From an uncultured delta proteobacterium (lineage in GTDB: Bacteria; Desulfobacterota; Binatia; Binatales; Binataceae), in NCBI GenBank assembly GCA_963808235.1, contig CAWEEQ010000004.1, forward strand, positions 1,344,001-1,408,000: a stretch of DNA of 64,000 nt. Reading direction: 5' to 3'. Below the pieces are notes generated by a model. That model made no database searches. It saw nothing but the letters and a program-made list of their open reading frames with translations, and was not told where the DNA came from. Both the position numbers and the translations under genes were made by a program. Positions 21,538 through 32,644 of this stretch are shown here, one piece after another (the first letter of the stretch is position 1; each line of letters starts with the position of its first letter).

Positions 21538-21568
21538 CCTTTCCGCTATCTCAGTAGCGGGTTAAAGG
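21538..21568 (-). promoter_or_regulatory. PyrR binding loop (anti-antiterminator)
   Basis: Minus strand CCTTTAA-C-CCGCTA-CTGAGA-TAGCGG-AAAGG: UUUAA bulge, upper stem and CNGNGA hexaloop match the PyrR-binding consensus. Confidence 0.85.
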
Positions 21569-21615
21569 TGATCAATATGTACGATCGGATCGCTCGGCGG
21601 TCAAGGCTCCGACGG

Positions 21616-22149
21616 CTACGCGCCGCGCTTGCGCTCGATTTTTCTTAGCCGCTGATCCTGATCGCGGGTCTGAACCGTGATCCGATCGTCGAAACGATCG
21701 AACTTGCGCGCCAGGTTGGCCAGCGCTTTGTTGGTCTCCTTGAGCTCCGCGCCGAGTCTCTTCGCTGCCATCTCGGCCGAGGTAGCGATTTCGCGCTTGA
21801 GAGTCTTTGTCGTCTCGCCGCCAGTAGCCACCGCCTGCTGGCTGGTGGACTCGACAGCGCGTGCGGCTTCCTCGCGAAACTCGACGCGCGCCTTGCCCAG
21901 CGTCTCGCCCAGGCGAATCATCTCCGCGCCAAGGTCGTCGCGAGTCACCGCAATAGCCCTGCGATTTTCCGCGATTTGCTCTGACAGAAATCGAATCTGC
22001 CCGCCGACCTCTGCGAACTGACCAAAGATCTCGTCGCGCAGCGTATCCAGTCGTCCGCCGAAGCCGGATACCGCTTCGACCACCAGATCGAAGCGCGCGC
22101 CCAGTTCCTCGAGCATCGCGCCAAGCCTGTTCACCGCTTCGTCCGCCAC
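21616..22149 (-). CDS. Hypothetical coiled-coil protein
   Basis: 177-aa ORF with heptad, Glu/Ala/Arg-rich pattern; GGGGAG RBS; co-oriented after lepB. Confidence 0.65.
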   Translation of the reverse strand: MADEAVNRLGAMLEELGARFDLVVEAVSGFGGRLDTLRDEIFGQFAEVGGQIRFLSEQIAENRRAIAVTRDDLGAEMIRLGETLGKARVEFREEAARAVESTSQQAVATGGETTKTLKREIATSAEMAAKRLGAELKETNKALANLARKFDRFDDRITVQTRDQDQRLRKIERKRGA

Positions 22150-22168
22150 CTGGATCTCCCCCTTAAGG

Positions 22169-22921
22169 CTAGTGCACGAGCATTCCGACGCGATCCCATC
22201 TGATGTACTCGAACCATAGCAGCAACGGAGTCACCCAGGATGCGCCGTCGGCTTTCTCTTCATTCCACGGAAGGTAAATCACCGCCGCCCGGCCTTCGAC
22301 ATCGTTATGATCGACGAAGCCCCAGAAGCGGCTGTCGTAACTGCGATCGCGATTGTCGCCCATCATGAACAGCTTGCCTGCAGGCACCGTAACCGGACCG
22401 AAGTTATCGCGCGGCGAGACTGGCGACCGGTCCTGCGGCGCGGCCTCCATATGCGCGTGCGGGTCGTCCATCTTCTTGCCGTTCAGCCAGACCGTGCCGT
22501 CCTTCACTTGAATCGTGTCGCCAGCCACGCCGATTACGCGCTTGATAAAATCCTTGGTTCGATCGGGCGGGAAGACGAATACGACAACGTCGCCGCGATG
22601 CACTGGTTCGACGTTGAACAGATACCGCCCATAAGGGAGTCCCGGAATCTCGAGCCCGAAAATCGAGTCGGGCATCCTGAGCCCGTAGATGATCTTGTTG
22701 ACCAGGATGTGATCCCCGACCAGCAGCGTCGGCTCCATCGAGCCCGAGGGAATTTTGTACGCCTGGATGAAAAACGTGCGGATAAAAATCGCGAGCACGA
22801 GCGCGATCAGCATCGCCTCGGCATATTCGCGGGTTACCGACTTCTGACCTTCGGCGCTCGCCGAGCTCTCGCGCACCGGTTGCGCCGCCGCCTTTGATAT
22901 GTTTCGCGCTGGTTCGGCCAC
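22169..22921 (-). CDS. lepB: Signal peptidase I
   Basis: IPSGSMEPTL, FIKRVIG, MGDNRDRSYDSRFWG. Confidence 0.96.
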   Translation of the reverse strand: MAEPARNISKAAAQPVRESSASAEGQKSVTREYAEAMLIALVLAIFIRTFFIQAYKIPSGSMEPTLLVGDHILVNKIIYGLRMPDSIFGLEIPGLPYGRYLFNVEPVHRGDVVVFVFPPDRTKDFIKRVIGVAGDTIQVKDGTVWLNGKKMDDPHAHMEAAPQDRSPVSPRDNFGPVTVPAGKLFMMGDNRDRSYDSRFWGFVDHNDVEGRAAVIYLPWNEEKADGASWVTPLLLWFEYIRWDRVGMLVH

Positions 22922-22927
22922 TGCCGG

Positions 22928-24730
<1,803 letters not shown>

Positions 24731-24731
<1 letters not shown>

Positions 24732-24783
24732 TTCAACTCGGCGGTTCCGTCTTTCAACTCGGCAGTTCCGTCTTTGAACTCGG
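24731..24783. repeat. 21-bp tandem repeat, about 2.5 copies
   Basis: tttcaactcggcggttccgtc / tttcaactcggcagttccgtc / tttgaactcgg. Confidence 0.8.
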
Positions 24784-25716
24784 TTGGCCCCGTTGCTGCT
24801 TGAAAAACTTGAACGTCTCTTCGAGTCCCTCTTCGAGTTTCTTCTCCGGACGCCATCCGAGCACCTCGGCCGCACGTGCCGGCGAAATTACCGATCGCAT
24901 CTGTTCGCCCGGCTTCGCCGGCCCATACTCCGGATGAGTTGGGAAATCGGCGATCGCCGCGAGCGTGGAAAACAAATCGTTCACGTTGGTCTCGATTCCG
25001 GTGCCGACGTTGAGCGCTAGTCCCGACGCCTTCGACTTGAGCGCCGCAACGATCGCCGCGACCACGTCGCCAACGTAGACATAGTCGCGCGTCTGCTCGC
25101 CCGTGCCGTAGATCGTTACCGGCTTTCCATCCAAAATTCGTCCGCAGAAAATCGCCACCACACCGGCCTCGCCATGCGGATCCTGCCGCGGGCCGTAGAC
25201 ATTTCCGAAACGCAGCGACAGGTAATCGATCCCGTACTGGGCCTTGTAGAAAAACAGGTACGCTTCGGTCGCAAGCTTGGCGACTCCGTAGGGACTGACC
25301 GGGCGCGTCGGATCGTCTTCTTTGCAGGGAAGATTTTCCTGCTCGCCGTAAATAGCTCCTCCGCTCGATGAAAAAATCACCCGCCTGAGCCCATGGGCGC
25401 GCGCGCTTTCCATCAGGTTGAGAAATCCAATCACGTTTACCTGTGCGTCGAAGGCGGGATCCGCGACCGAGCGCCGCACGTCCATCTGCGCCGCAAGATG
25501 AACGATGATCTCCGGCTTCACCTTCGCAACCGCCGACGCAACTGCCGAGGCTGCGCGCAGATCGATCGGATAGGCCGTCGCCTTGGGATTGACCCGGTAG
25601 CGCTTGCCGGTCGAAAAATCGTCGAACAGGAAGACCTCGTCCGCTTTGGTCGCGACCAGCGCATCGATCAGGTGCGAGCCGATAAAGCCGGCCCCGCCGG
25701 TAACTAGAATTCTCAT
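24754..25716 (-). CDS. NAD-dependent epimerase/dehydratase (GalE-like)
   Basis: [13 protein letters not shown] (YxxxK), NVYGPRQ. Confidence 0.9.
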   Translation of the reverse strand: MRILVTGGAGFIGSHLIDALVATKADEVFLFDDFSTGKRYRVNPKATAYPIDLRAASAVASAVAKVKPEIIVHLAAQMDVRRSVADPAFDAQVNVIGFLNLMESARAHGLRRVIFSSSGGAIYGEQENLPCKEDDPTRPVSPYGVAKLATEAYLFFYKAQYGIDYLSLRFGNVYGPRQDPHGEAGVVAIFCGRILDGKPVTIYGTGEQTRDYVYVGDVVAAIVAALKSKASGLALNVGTGIETNVNDLFSTLAAIADFPTHPEYGPAKPGEQMRSVISPARAAEVLGWRPEKKLEEGLEETFKFFKQQRGQPSSKTELPS

Positions 25717-25729
25717 TGAGGTTCCCTTC

Positions 25730-27037
25730 CTATACCGGGTGCCGTCCGATCGAATAATAACGGAGGTCGAGCGCTTTCATCAGGTCTGGATCATACAGGT
25801 TCCGGCCGTCGAATATCACCGGCTCCTTCAGCTCCGCTTTTATCCGCTGGAAGTTCGGATGCCGGAACTCGTTCCATTCCGTCAGGATCAGCAGCGCGTC
25901 GGCGCCTTTGAGCGCTTCGTAGTTGGTTTTGTGATAGGTGACGCGGGTGCCGAAAAAAGCGCGCGCGTTGTCGAGCGCTTCCGGATCGTGCACCTGGCAC
26001 TTCGCGCCGGCCTGCAGGAGCTCTTCGATCACCACCAGCGACGGCGCCTCGCGCATGTCGTCGGTGCGCGGCTTGAACGCAAGCCCCCAAATCGCAAACG
26101 TGCGTCCGCTCAGGTTCTGTCCGAAATGCTGCTTCACGCGCGCGGGAATCAGCCGTTTCTGGCGCGCGTTGATCGCCTCCGCCGCGCGCAAAAGCGCAAA
26201 ATCAAGATTGTGTTCCGAACCGCTATGAATCAGCGCCTGCACGTCTTTCGGAAAACATGAACCGCCGTAGCCTACGCCCGGAAACAGAAACGACGAGCCG
26301 ATGCGCTTGTCGGTGCCGAGCCCGCGCCGCACCGAATTGATATCCGCGCCCACCGCTTCGCATAGATTCGCCATCTCGTTGATGAACGAGATCCGCATCG
26401 CGAGCATCGCGTTCGATGCGTACTTGGTCAGTTCCGCGGAGCTGGGATCCATCACCAGGATCGGATTGTCGGTGCGCACAAACGGATTGTGGATTTCCTT
26501 CATAATCGCGGTTGCCTGGTCGCTCCGGCTGCCGATTACCACGCGGTCCGGGCGCATGAAATCCTCGATCGCCGACCCTTCCTTGAGGAACTCCGGTACC
26601 GAGCATACGTCAGTGCGATGCTTGGCGAAGCGGCCCACGACCTCGCGAACGCGATCGTTGGTGCCAACCGGCACCGTGCTCTTGATCGCGACGATATGAT
26701 ATCCGGTGGTCGACTTCGCGATATCCTCGGCGGCCTTGAAGATCGCGCTCAGATCCGCCGCTCCCGACGCGGTCATCGGAGTGCCGACCGCGATGTAAGA
26801 AACCATCGATTGACCGACCGCTTCCGCGATGTCGGTGGTGAAGTGAAGCCGGCCTTCCTTCAGATTGCGCCGCACCAGCTCTTCGAGGCCCGGCTCGTAA
26901 ATTGGAATCTTGCCCTCGAGCAACTGCGCGATTCGCTTCGCATCGATATCGACGCAGAACACCTCGTTACCGCTCTCGGCGTAGCAAGTGCCGCTGACGA
27001 GCCCAACGTATCCGCTGCCTACTATTGCGATATTCAT
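25730..27037 (-). CDS. ugd: UDP-glucose 6-dehydrogenase
   Basis: GSGYVG, PEFLKEG, GYGGSCFPKD, AFKPRTDDMRE. Confidence 0.95.
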   Translation of the reverse strand: MNIAIVGSGYVGLVSGTCYAESGNEVFCVDIDAKRIAQLLEGKIPIYEPGLEELVRRNLKEGRLHFTTDIAEAVGQSMVSYIAVGTPMTASGAADLSAIFKAAEDIAKSTTGYHIVAIKSTVPVGTNDRVREVVGRFAKHRTDVCSVPEFLKEGSAIEDFMRPDRVVIGSRSDQATAIMKEIHNPFVRTDNPILVMDPSSAELTKYASNAMLAMRISFINEMANLCEAVGADINSVRRGLGTDKRIGSSFLFPGVGYGGSCFPKDVQALIHSGSEHNLDFALLRAAEAINARQKRLIPARVKQHFGQNLSGRTFAIWGLAFKPRTDDMREAPSLVVIEELLQAGAKCQVHDPEALDNARAFFGTRVTYHKTNYEALKGADALLILTEWNEFRHPNFQRIKAELKEPVIFDGRNLYDPDLMKALDLRYYSIGRHPV

Positions 27038-27053
27038 CGACCAGGCCCCCGAG

Positions 27054-27992
27054 CTAGAGCTCTTCCTTGATAACGTAAATCGGTTTTCCCTGGGATTCGT
27101 GATAGGTCCGCGCCAGCATCTCGCCGAGCAGTCCGAAAACCACAAATTGCACTCCGACCACCACCAGCAGAACTGCCAGCAGCAACGCGGGCCGATTCCC
27201 CAGTTCGCGTCCCAGCACGATTTTCTCGAACACCAGGATAAACGTCCATAGACTGCCGAGCCCGCCCAGCACGAATCCGATCAATCCGAAGACTTGTATC
27301 GGCGCGGTCGAATAACGGGAAAGAAACTTGACCGTGATCAGATCGAGCAAGGTGCGGACGATTCGCCACAGGCCATACTTGGAGATTCCCGCCCGCCGCG
27401 GACGAAAGCCCACTTCGACTTCCGCGATTCGTGCGCCCTGCTCCGCCGCAATCGCCGGAACGAAGCGATGCATCTCACCGTAAAGATTGAGGCTCTGCGC
27501 CAACACGCGGCGATACGCCTTGAACGTGCATCCATAGTCGTGAAGCTTAACCCCGGTCATCGTCGAGATAAGCCGGTTCGCCGCAATCGAAGGCATTCGG
27601 CGGCTGAAGCGCTCTTCCTGCCAGCGCTCGGTGCGCCATCCGCTGGCCAGGTCGTAGCCTTCGTCGAGCTTGGCCAGCAGGCGCGGGATATCGGCCGGAT
27701 CATTCTGCCCGTCGGCGTCCATCGCGATCACCACGTCGCCCTTGGCGTTCGCAAATCCGCACGCCAACGCGGCCGTCTGGCCCGAGTTGCGCGCGAGCCG
27801 AATCACGCGGACGTTTGGGTCGCGCGACTTTATCTCGCGCAACACCTCGAAGCTGCCGTCGGTGCTGCCGTCGTCCACGAATAGAAGTTCGTATGCTCGT
27901 CCCGTCGCTTGCATAGTGCTGGTCAACTCCACGTGCAGCGGGGCGACGCTATCCCGCTCGTTGAACAGCGGGATAACTACTGAGTAATCCAT
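27054..27992 (-). CDS. GT2 polyprenol-phosphate glycosyltransferase (ArnC/DPM-like)
   Basis: VDDGSTD, MDADGQNDP, two C-terminal TM helices. Confidence 0.9.
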   Translation of the reverse strand: MDYSVVIPLFNERDSVAPLHVELTSTMQATGRAYELLFVDDGSTDGSFEVLREIKSRDPNVRVIRLARNSGQTAALACGFANAKGDVVIAMDADGQNDPADIPRLLAKLDEGYDLASGWRTERWQEERFSRRMPSIAANRLISTMTGVKLHDYGCTFKAYRRVLAQSLNLYGEMHRFVPAIAAEQGARIAEVEVGFRPRRAGISKYGLWRIVRTLLDLITVKFLSRYSTAPIQVFGLIGFVLGGLGSLWTFILVFEKIVLGRELGNRPALLLAVLLVVVGVQFVVFGLLGEMLARTYHESQGKPIYVIKEEL

Positions 27993-28900
27993 CTCGAGTG
28001 ATGCGAGTCGATCAGATCGATGAAGGCGCGGTAGCGAGTGTCGATCTCCTCCCAGGTCAGATCGATCAGTCGCTCCAGCGAAAAACGCTCGACCACGAAC
28101 GACGCCATCACGCTCCCATATACCACCGCGGTGCGCAGCGAGGATTCCGTGATTCGTCCGTGCCGCGCGAGGAAGCCCATCATGCCGCCGGCAAACGTGT
28201 CGCCGGCGCCGGTCGGATCGACCACCTCTTCAAGGGGATACGCGGGCACCGCGAACATCCCCTCCTTGCTGAACTGGAGCACGCCATACTCGCCGCGCTT
28301 GATCAGGACCGTGGCCGGCCCCATTTTCAAAATCGCGCGCCCCGCCTTTACAAGGTTGTGCTCGCCCGTCAGCACCCGGGCCTCGCTGTCGCTGCAAAGC
28401 AGAATATGAATTCGCTTGAGCACCTTGGCCAACCCGGTGCGGGTGTTATCGATCCAATAGTCATATAAGTCGGCGGCTACTACCTTCGGACTAAGCATCT
28501 GGTCCAGTACGTGTTCCTGAAGATCAGGATCGCTTGGCGCCAGGTATAGATAGTCTGCACGGCGCTGGTCAGGCAGCAATTCGGGGGTGAAGCCTTCCAG
28601 CACGTTCAGCGAAAGCTTGACGGTGTCGCGCACGTTGAGGTCTTCGTGATAGCGCCCGTGCCATCGCGTGGTCTGCCCCTCGCGTTTGACTACTCCGCGC
28701 AGATCTATATTCCGGTCGGTGAACAACTTGGAATCTTCGGCCTTATAGTCGGTGCCAACCACCGCCACTATGCTGACCGGAGAAAAAAATCGTGCTGCTA
28801 TCGCGAAATAGCTGGCGCCGCCACCCATCACTTCTTCGACTTTTCCATTGGGCGTCTCGACCGTGTCGTAGGCCAGGAACCCAACCACCACAATACTCAT
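27977..28900 (-). CDS. PfkB-family carbohydrate/nucleoside kinase
   Basis: GGGASY, IKRGEYG, DPTGAGDTFAGG. Confidence 0.9.
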   Translation of the reverse strand: MSIVVVGFLAYDTVETPNGKVEEVMGGGASYFAIAARFFSPVSIVAVVGTDYKAEDSKLFTDRNIDLRGVVKREGQTTRWHGRYHEDLNVRDTVKLSLNVLEGFTPELLPDQRRADYLYLAPSDPDLQEHVLDQMLSPKVVAADLYDYWIDNTRTGLAKVLKRIHILLCSDSEARVLTGEHNLVKAGRAILKMGPATVLIKRGEYGVLQFSKEGMFAVPAYPLEEVVDPTGAGDTFAGGMMGFLARHGRITESSLRTAVVYGSVMASFVVERFSLERLIDLTWEEIDTRYRAFIDLIDSHHSRWITQ

Positions 28901-28925
28901 CTATCGTTCCCCCGGTTCCGCATCA

Positions 28926-29789
28926 CTATAGATATTTGCCCACCAGCGGCCGCAAGTCGTCGATCAAGCGCTGCGCGATCGCTTTGCGATCGGTAATGAT
29001 TGTGCCTTCGAGCGCATGCTCGCATCGGCAGGTGCGCGGCCGATTGCCCAGCGCATGCGCGAGGCGCGCGACGGCGCGCTGCGCCTTGTCTACGTTGAGT
29101 TTCATCACGCGCAGGATCTCGCCGATATCCACCGCCGCAACGGATTGATGCCAACAGTCGTAGTCTGTCACCAGGACCAGCGCCGCGTAACACATCTCGG
29201 CTTCGCGGGCGAGCCGCGCTTCCTGCATCGCGGTCATGCTGATCACGCTGGCGCCGAAGCTTCGGTAGAGATTGGACTCGGCGCGCGTCGAGAATTGCGG
29301 ACCCTCCATGCAGATGTAGATGCCGCCTTCATGAATCACCGCGCCGTCCTCGCGCGATGCTTTCGCCAAGTCGCTCGCGAGGTTTGCGCAAACCGGATCG
29401 GCAAGTGAAACGTGCACCACGATTCCGTCGCCGAAGAAAGTTTCGGGCCGCTTGAAGGTCCGATCGATAAACTGATCCGGAATCACCAGCTCGCCCGGAT
29501 GAATCTCCTCCTTCAAACTGCCGGCGGTGGAAACCGAAACGAGATGAGTCACGCCGAGCTGCTTCATCCCAAAAACATTTGCGCGAAAATTGATCTCGGA
29601 CGGCAGCAACCGATGGCCCCGGCCGTGCCGCGAGAGAAACACCACTTCGAGGTCGCCGATTCGCCCCTGGTAGAAAGGATCGGACGGTCGGCCGAACGGC
29701 GTCTCGAGTTCCATCATCTCGACCTTGTCGAGACCGTTCATCTGGTAGAAGCCGCTGCCTCCAATCACTCCAAGTACGTTTTGTGACAT
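28926..29789 (-). CDS. mtnP: S-methyl-5'-thioadenosine phosphorylase
   Basis: IGGSG, RHGRGH, EGPQFSTRAES, VTDYDCW. Confidence 0.93.
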   Translation of the reverse strand: MSQNVLGVIGGSGFYQMNGLDKVEMMELETPFGRPSDPFYQGRIGDLEVVFLSRHGRGHRLLPSEINFRANVFGMKQLGVTHLVSVSTAGSLKEEIHPGELVIPDQFIDRTFKRPETFFGDGIVVHVSLADPVCANLASDLAKASREDGAVIHEGGIYICMEGPQFSTRAESNLYRSFGASVISMTAMQEARLAREAEMCYAALVLVTDYDCWHQSVAAVDIGEILRVMKLNVDKAQRAVARLAHALGNRPRTCRCEHALEGTIITDRKAIAQRLIDDLRPLVGKYL

Positions 29790-29820
29790 TTGCTTTTAAG
29801 GTCTGAGCCGCGAATCGATG

Positions 29821-30885
29821 CTACGCGTGCTGTTCGGCGTAGAGCTGGCCGCATGCCGCCGCGATATCCAGTCCGCGGCTTTCGCGGATTGTAGCGGTCA
29901 AGTTACCGTTACGCAGCACCGCTTGAAAGGCCTCGACGCTGGCGCGTGGACTGGTCCGCAGCGGAGATCCTTCGAGCGGGTTGTAGAAGATCAGATTCAC
30001 CTTGGCCTTCATCGGAGCGAGCAGTTTGACGAGCCGGCGCGCGTCAGCGATCGAATCGTTCACCCCCGCAAGCATCACGTACTCGAACGTGATCCGCGCG
30101 CGGCGCTTGAGCGGCAGATTGCGGCATGCGTCGAGCAGAACTTCGAGCGGATAGCGCTTGTTGATCGGCGCGAGACGGTCGCGAAGCTCGTTAGTCGTCG
30201 CATGCAGCGACACCGCCAGGTTGACGGGGATCTCTGCGAGCAGACGTTCCATCATTGGAACCAGGCCGACCGTCGAGACGGTGATGCGGCGTGGCGAGAT
30301 GTGCATCCCCCACTCCGAAGTCATGATCGTGAGCGTGCGGATGAGGCGCGGATAATTCGCTAAAGGTTCGCCCATGCCCATAAATACGAAATTTGTGACG
30401 CTTGCCGTTTCTTGCCGGCGCGCAGCGTGGATCTGGGAGAGCATCTCGGCGGCGGTGAGATTGCGATGCAAGCCCATCCGGGCGGTCGCGCAGAACTCGC
30501 ACGCCAGCGCGCATCCGACCTGGCTCGACATGCAAAGCGTGACGCGATCGTCGCTGGGAATTATCACCGACTCGATCTCTTCGCCGTCGGCGAGCCGTAT
30601 AAGGAGTTTGCGGGTACCGTCGGTGGAACGGGAGACGAACGATTCCGCCTCGGCGGCGATCGTGAAGTTTTGCTTTAGATGTTTGCGGAGTGTCGATGGC
30701 AGATCGCGCATCTCGTCGAATGAGTCCGCGCCACGAGCGTGCAGCCAATGGAGAATCTGACGGGCGCGATACGGCGGCGCGCCCGCATCGGCGACGACTT
30801 GCTCGACTTCATCGAGCGTCATATCGCGGAGATTCGCGCTCGTTGATGGCGAATCTGCCGATGTTTCCTGCGATGTTTCCTGCAA
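29821..30885 (-). CDS. rlmN: 23S rRNA/tRNA m2A methyltransferase RlmN
   Basis: GCALACEFC radical-SAM motif, FMGMGEP, IAAACGQL; start uncertain. Confidence 0.95.
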   Translation of the reverse strand: MQETSQETSADSPSTSANLRDMTLDEVEQVVADAGAPPYRARQILHWLHARGADSFDEMRDLPSTLRKHLKQNFTIAAEAESFVSRSTDGTRKLLIRLADGEEIESVIIPSDDRVTLCMSSQVGCALACEFCATARMGLHRNLTAAEMLSQIHAARRQETASVTNFVFMGMGEPLANYPRLIRTLTIMTSEWGMHISPRRITVSTVGLVPMMERLLAEIPVNLAVSLHATTNELRDRLAPINKRYPLEVLLDACRNLPLKRRARITFEYVMLAGVNDSIADARRLVKLLAPMKAKVNLIFYNPLEGSPLRTSPRASVEAFQAVLRNGNLTATIRESRGLDIAAACGQLYAEQHA

Positions 30886-30895
30886 TGTTTCGTGG
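30860..30895. repeat. 12-bp tandem repeat x3 at the rlmN 5' end
   Basis: gatgtttcctgc gatgtttcctgc aatgtttcgtgg. Confidence 0.7.
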
Positions 30896-31096
30896 GTATC
30901 GTTCCACAGGGCGAGTATTGTAGTGGAAACGCGGGGCAGTGGGCAGGCTGAACAAGTTGGGACATCCCCAACGTGACACGGTAGATGGCCGAATTATTCT
31001 GGTTTATGTGACAGGCCGGATTCTAACTCCCGCTCAAAGCCCCTACAAACTGTAGTAAAACGATCTCAACGTGGATTCGTCGCGTTGCCGCTAGCG

Positions 31097-32035
31097 TTAC
31101 TTCTTTGCTTCTTGATGGCTGTCTCTATAGGACATCAAAAAGAATCCAGTTTGTTTCTGGTCGGGCGGAAATCCGAACTCCCAATGAAATTCCGTCCAAT
31201 ATGGCGATTGGGCCGGATCGCGATAGTGAACCACGCCACGCAATTCGATACGGATGCCATTAGGGAAGGGGTCTACAGCCGGATCGTAGACTTCCCCACT
31301 GAGTATGCGCATCGCGACCGTATATCCGATGTCGTCGTCGTTTGGGCTGATATTTTGCGTGTGCAATGGAACTACATAATTACTCGATCTCTGACCGGCC
31401 TCGATTACCCGATCTTGTATAGGCAAAAGCGTTTCATCTTCGGTGAAGGTCAGTCGCTCCGGAAAATTAAACGTCTGAGCTTTTCCCTTTATCTTGTCGA
31501 GGTAATTCACGATTCCGAGGCGCGCCCGTATCTCACCGATAAAGGCTGGGTTTCGTCCCCAATTTCTAAAGCTTACGACCGCTCCAATTTCTCGCTTGTC
31601 GGAACGGGCATGTACCCTATCCATCAAGTCGGGTTGGCTCGTATACAAGAAAGGCCGATCCAACGAGACGGCATGCTCTGCGGCCTCTGCGGCTTTCGCC
31701 GTGGCCTTTTTCATTTCGTCGGTAACGCCGACCAACTGCCAGTTGAACCACGCAATCAACCCAGTAGCGACAGCGCTGATCCCGACGAACAGCAGCATCA
31801 CCATAGAGTCGCCCTCGCTCTGATCGCTTTTGGTGTTGGAAGTTTTTGTGTCTGCTGGAGTGTGCGCCGGATTGGCAAATGCGAGTGGGGTTGGCTGTTG
31901 AGCGGCTGGCTGTTGTACGAATTCGCGTTGTTTATCCTGTTCGGCGCTTCGCGTGGGATTTGGTAACTCGGCGCTTCCGCTGACCAACGTCAATGCGATC
32001 AACATCGGCAGACAAGACATCACCAACCAGCGCAT
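31097..32035 (-). CDS. Passenger membrane-anchored hypothetical protein (true start may be near 31804)
   Basis: TM LLFVGISAVATGLIAWF, short coiled coil, DRPFL, beta-rich C-terminal domain. Confidence 0.55.
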   Translation of the reverse strand: MRWLVMSCLPMLIALTLVSGSAELPNPTRSAEQDKQREFVQQPAAQQPTPLAFANPAHTPADTKTSNTKSDQSEGDSMVMLLFVGISAVATGLIAWFNWQLVGVTDEMKKATAKAAEAAEHAVSLDRPFLYTSQPDLMDRVHARSDKREIGAVVSFRNWGRNPAFIGEIRARLGIVNYLDKIKGKAQTFNFPERLTFTEDETLLPIQDRVIEAGQRSSNYVVPLHTQNISPNDDDIGYTVAMRILSGEVYDPAVDPFPNGIRIELRGVVHYRDPAQSPYWTEFHWEFGFPPDQKQTGFFLMSYRDSHQEAKK

Positions 32036-32129
32036 CGAAGTTTACCTTTGCGCTCAATACTTCGGGCGCTTCAGCCTGGAGCCGTTTTATCAATTCAGCA
32101 TCGCGTTCTTTGTTCGTGCCTTTTCTCAT
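31932..32129 (-). CDS. Small basic passenger protein
   Basis: 65-aa ORF MRKGTNKERD...NFDALV...KRR inside the IS. Confidence 0.35.
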   Translation of the reverse strand: MRKGTNKERDAELIKRLQAEAPEVLSAKVNFDALVGDVLSADVDRIDVGQRKRRVTKSHAKRRTG

Positions 32130-32186
32130 CGATCCGCAGTATAACTCCCCGTGGCGGCAACGTCATCCATTCGGGGGGTCTGATCG

Positions 32187-32588
32187 ATGGAATCTAAATC
32201 GCGCGAACAGTTGGGCTTTATTCTGCTCGCCTTTTGTGGCGCGGTAATGGCTAACGTGATCATAAACGAGATGCCTTGGTATGTGCGCGCGGTCTCGGCA
32301 ATCCTTTGTTTGTTTGGATTCTGGTCAGGGGTGTGGCTGGTAGCCGCAACCAACAATGCAATTCCGTTAGGCTTGCGTTCAAAAGAATGGACCGAACAAA
32401 AGCTTGCCGACCTTCGAGATGAAAACAACGAAAGAGATCGTCGGCTGCTTACAGGCATCCCGCCAAGACCAGAACGAACATTGCAAGAACAGACGGAACG
32501 TGATCGCTTGTTGCGGGGTTTCGAAAAGAGACTGCATGATGGATCGCGGCTAGATCACGCGCGTTCGCGATTGAAGTGGAAGCGTTAG
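32187..32588 (+). CDS. Passenger two-TM hypothetical protein
   Basis: Two hydrophobic helices then a charged tail; GGGGG upstream of ATG. Confidence 0.55.
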   Translation: MESKSREQLGFILLAFCGAVMANVIINEMPWYVRAVSAILCLFGFWSGVWLVAATNNAIPLGLRSKEWTEQKLADLRDENNERDRRLLTGIPPRPERTLQEQTERDRLLRGFEKRLHDGSRLDHARSRLKWKR

Positions 32589-32644
32589 TTGCTCCGGCTT
32601 GCCGGCCTTTTGCTTTAGCTGAGACCGCCGCCAGCGTGGCGAAC

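Noticed and set aside
31085-31966. 293-aa plus-strand ORF inside the IS
   Set aside because: Fully antisense to the more protein-like minus-strand passenger ORF; no motifs
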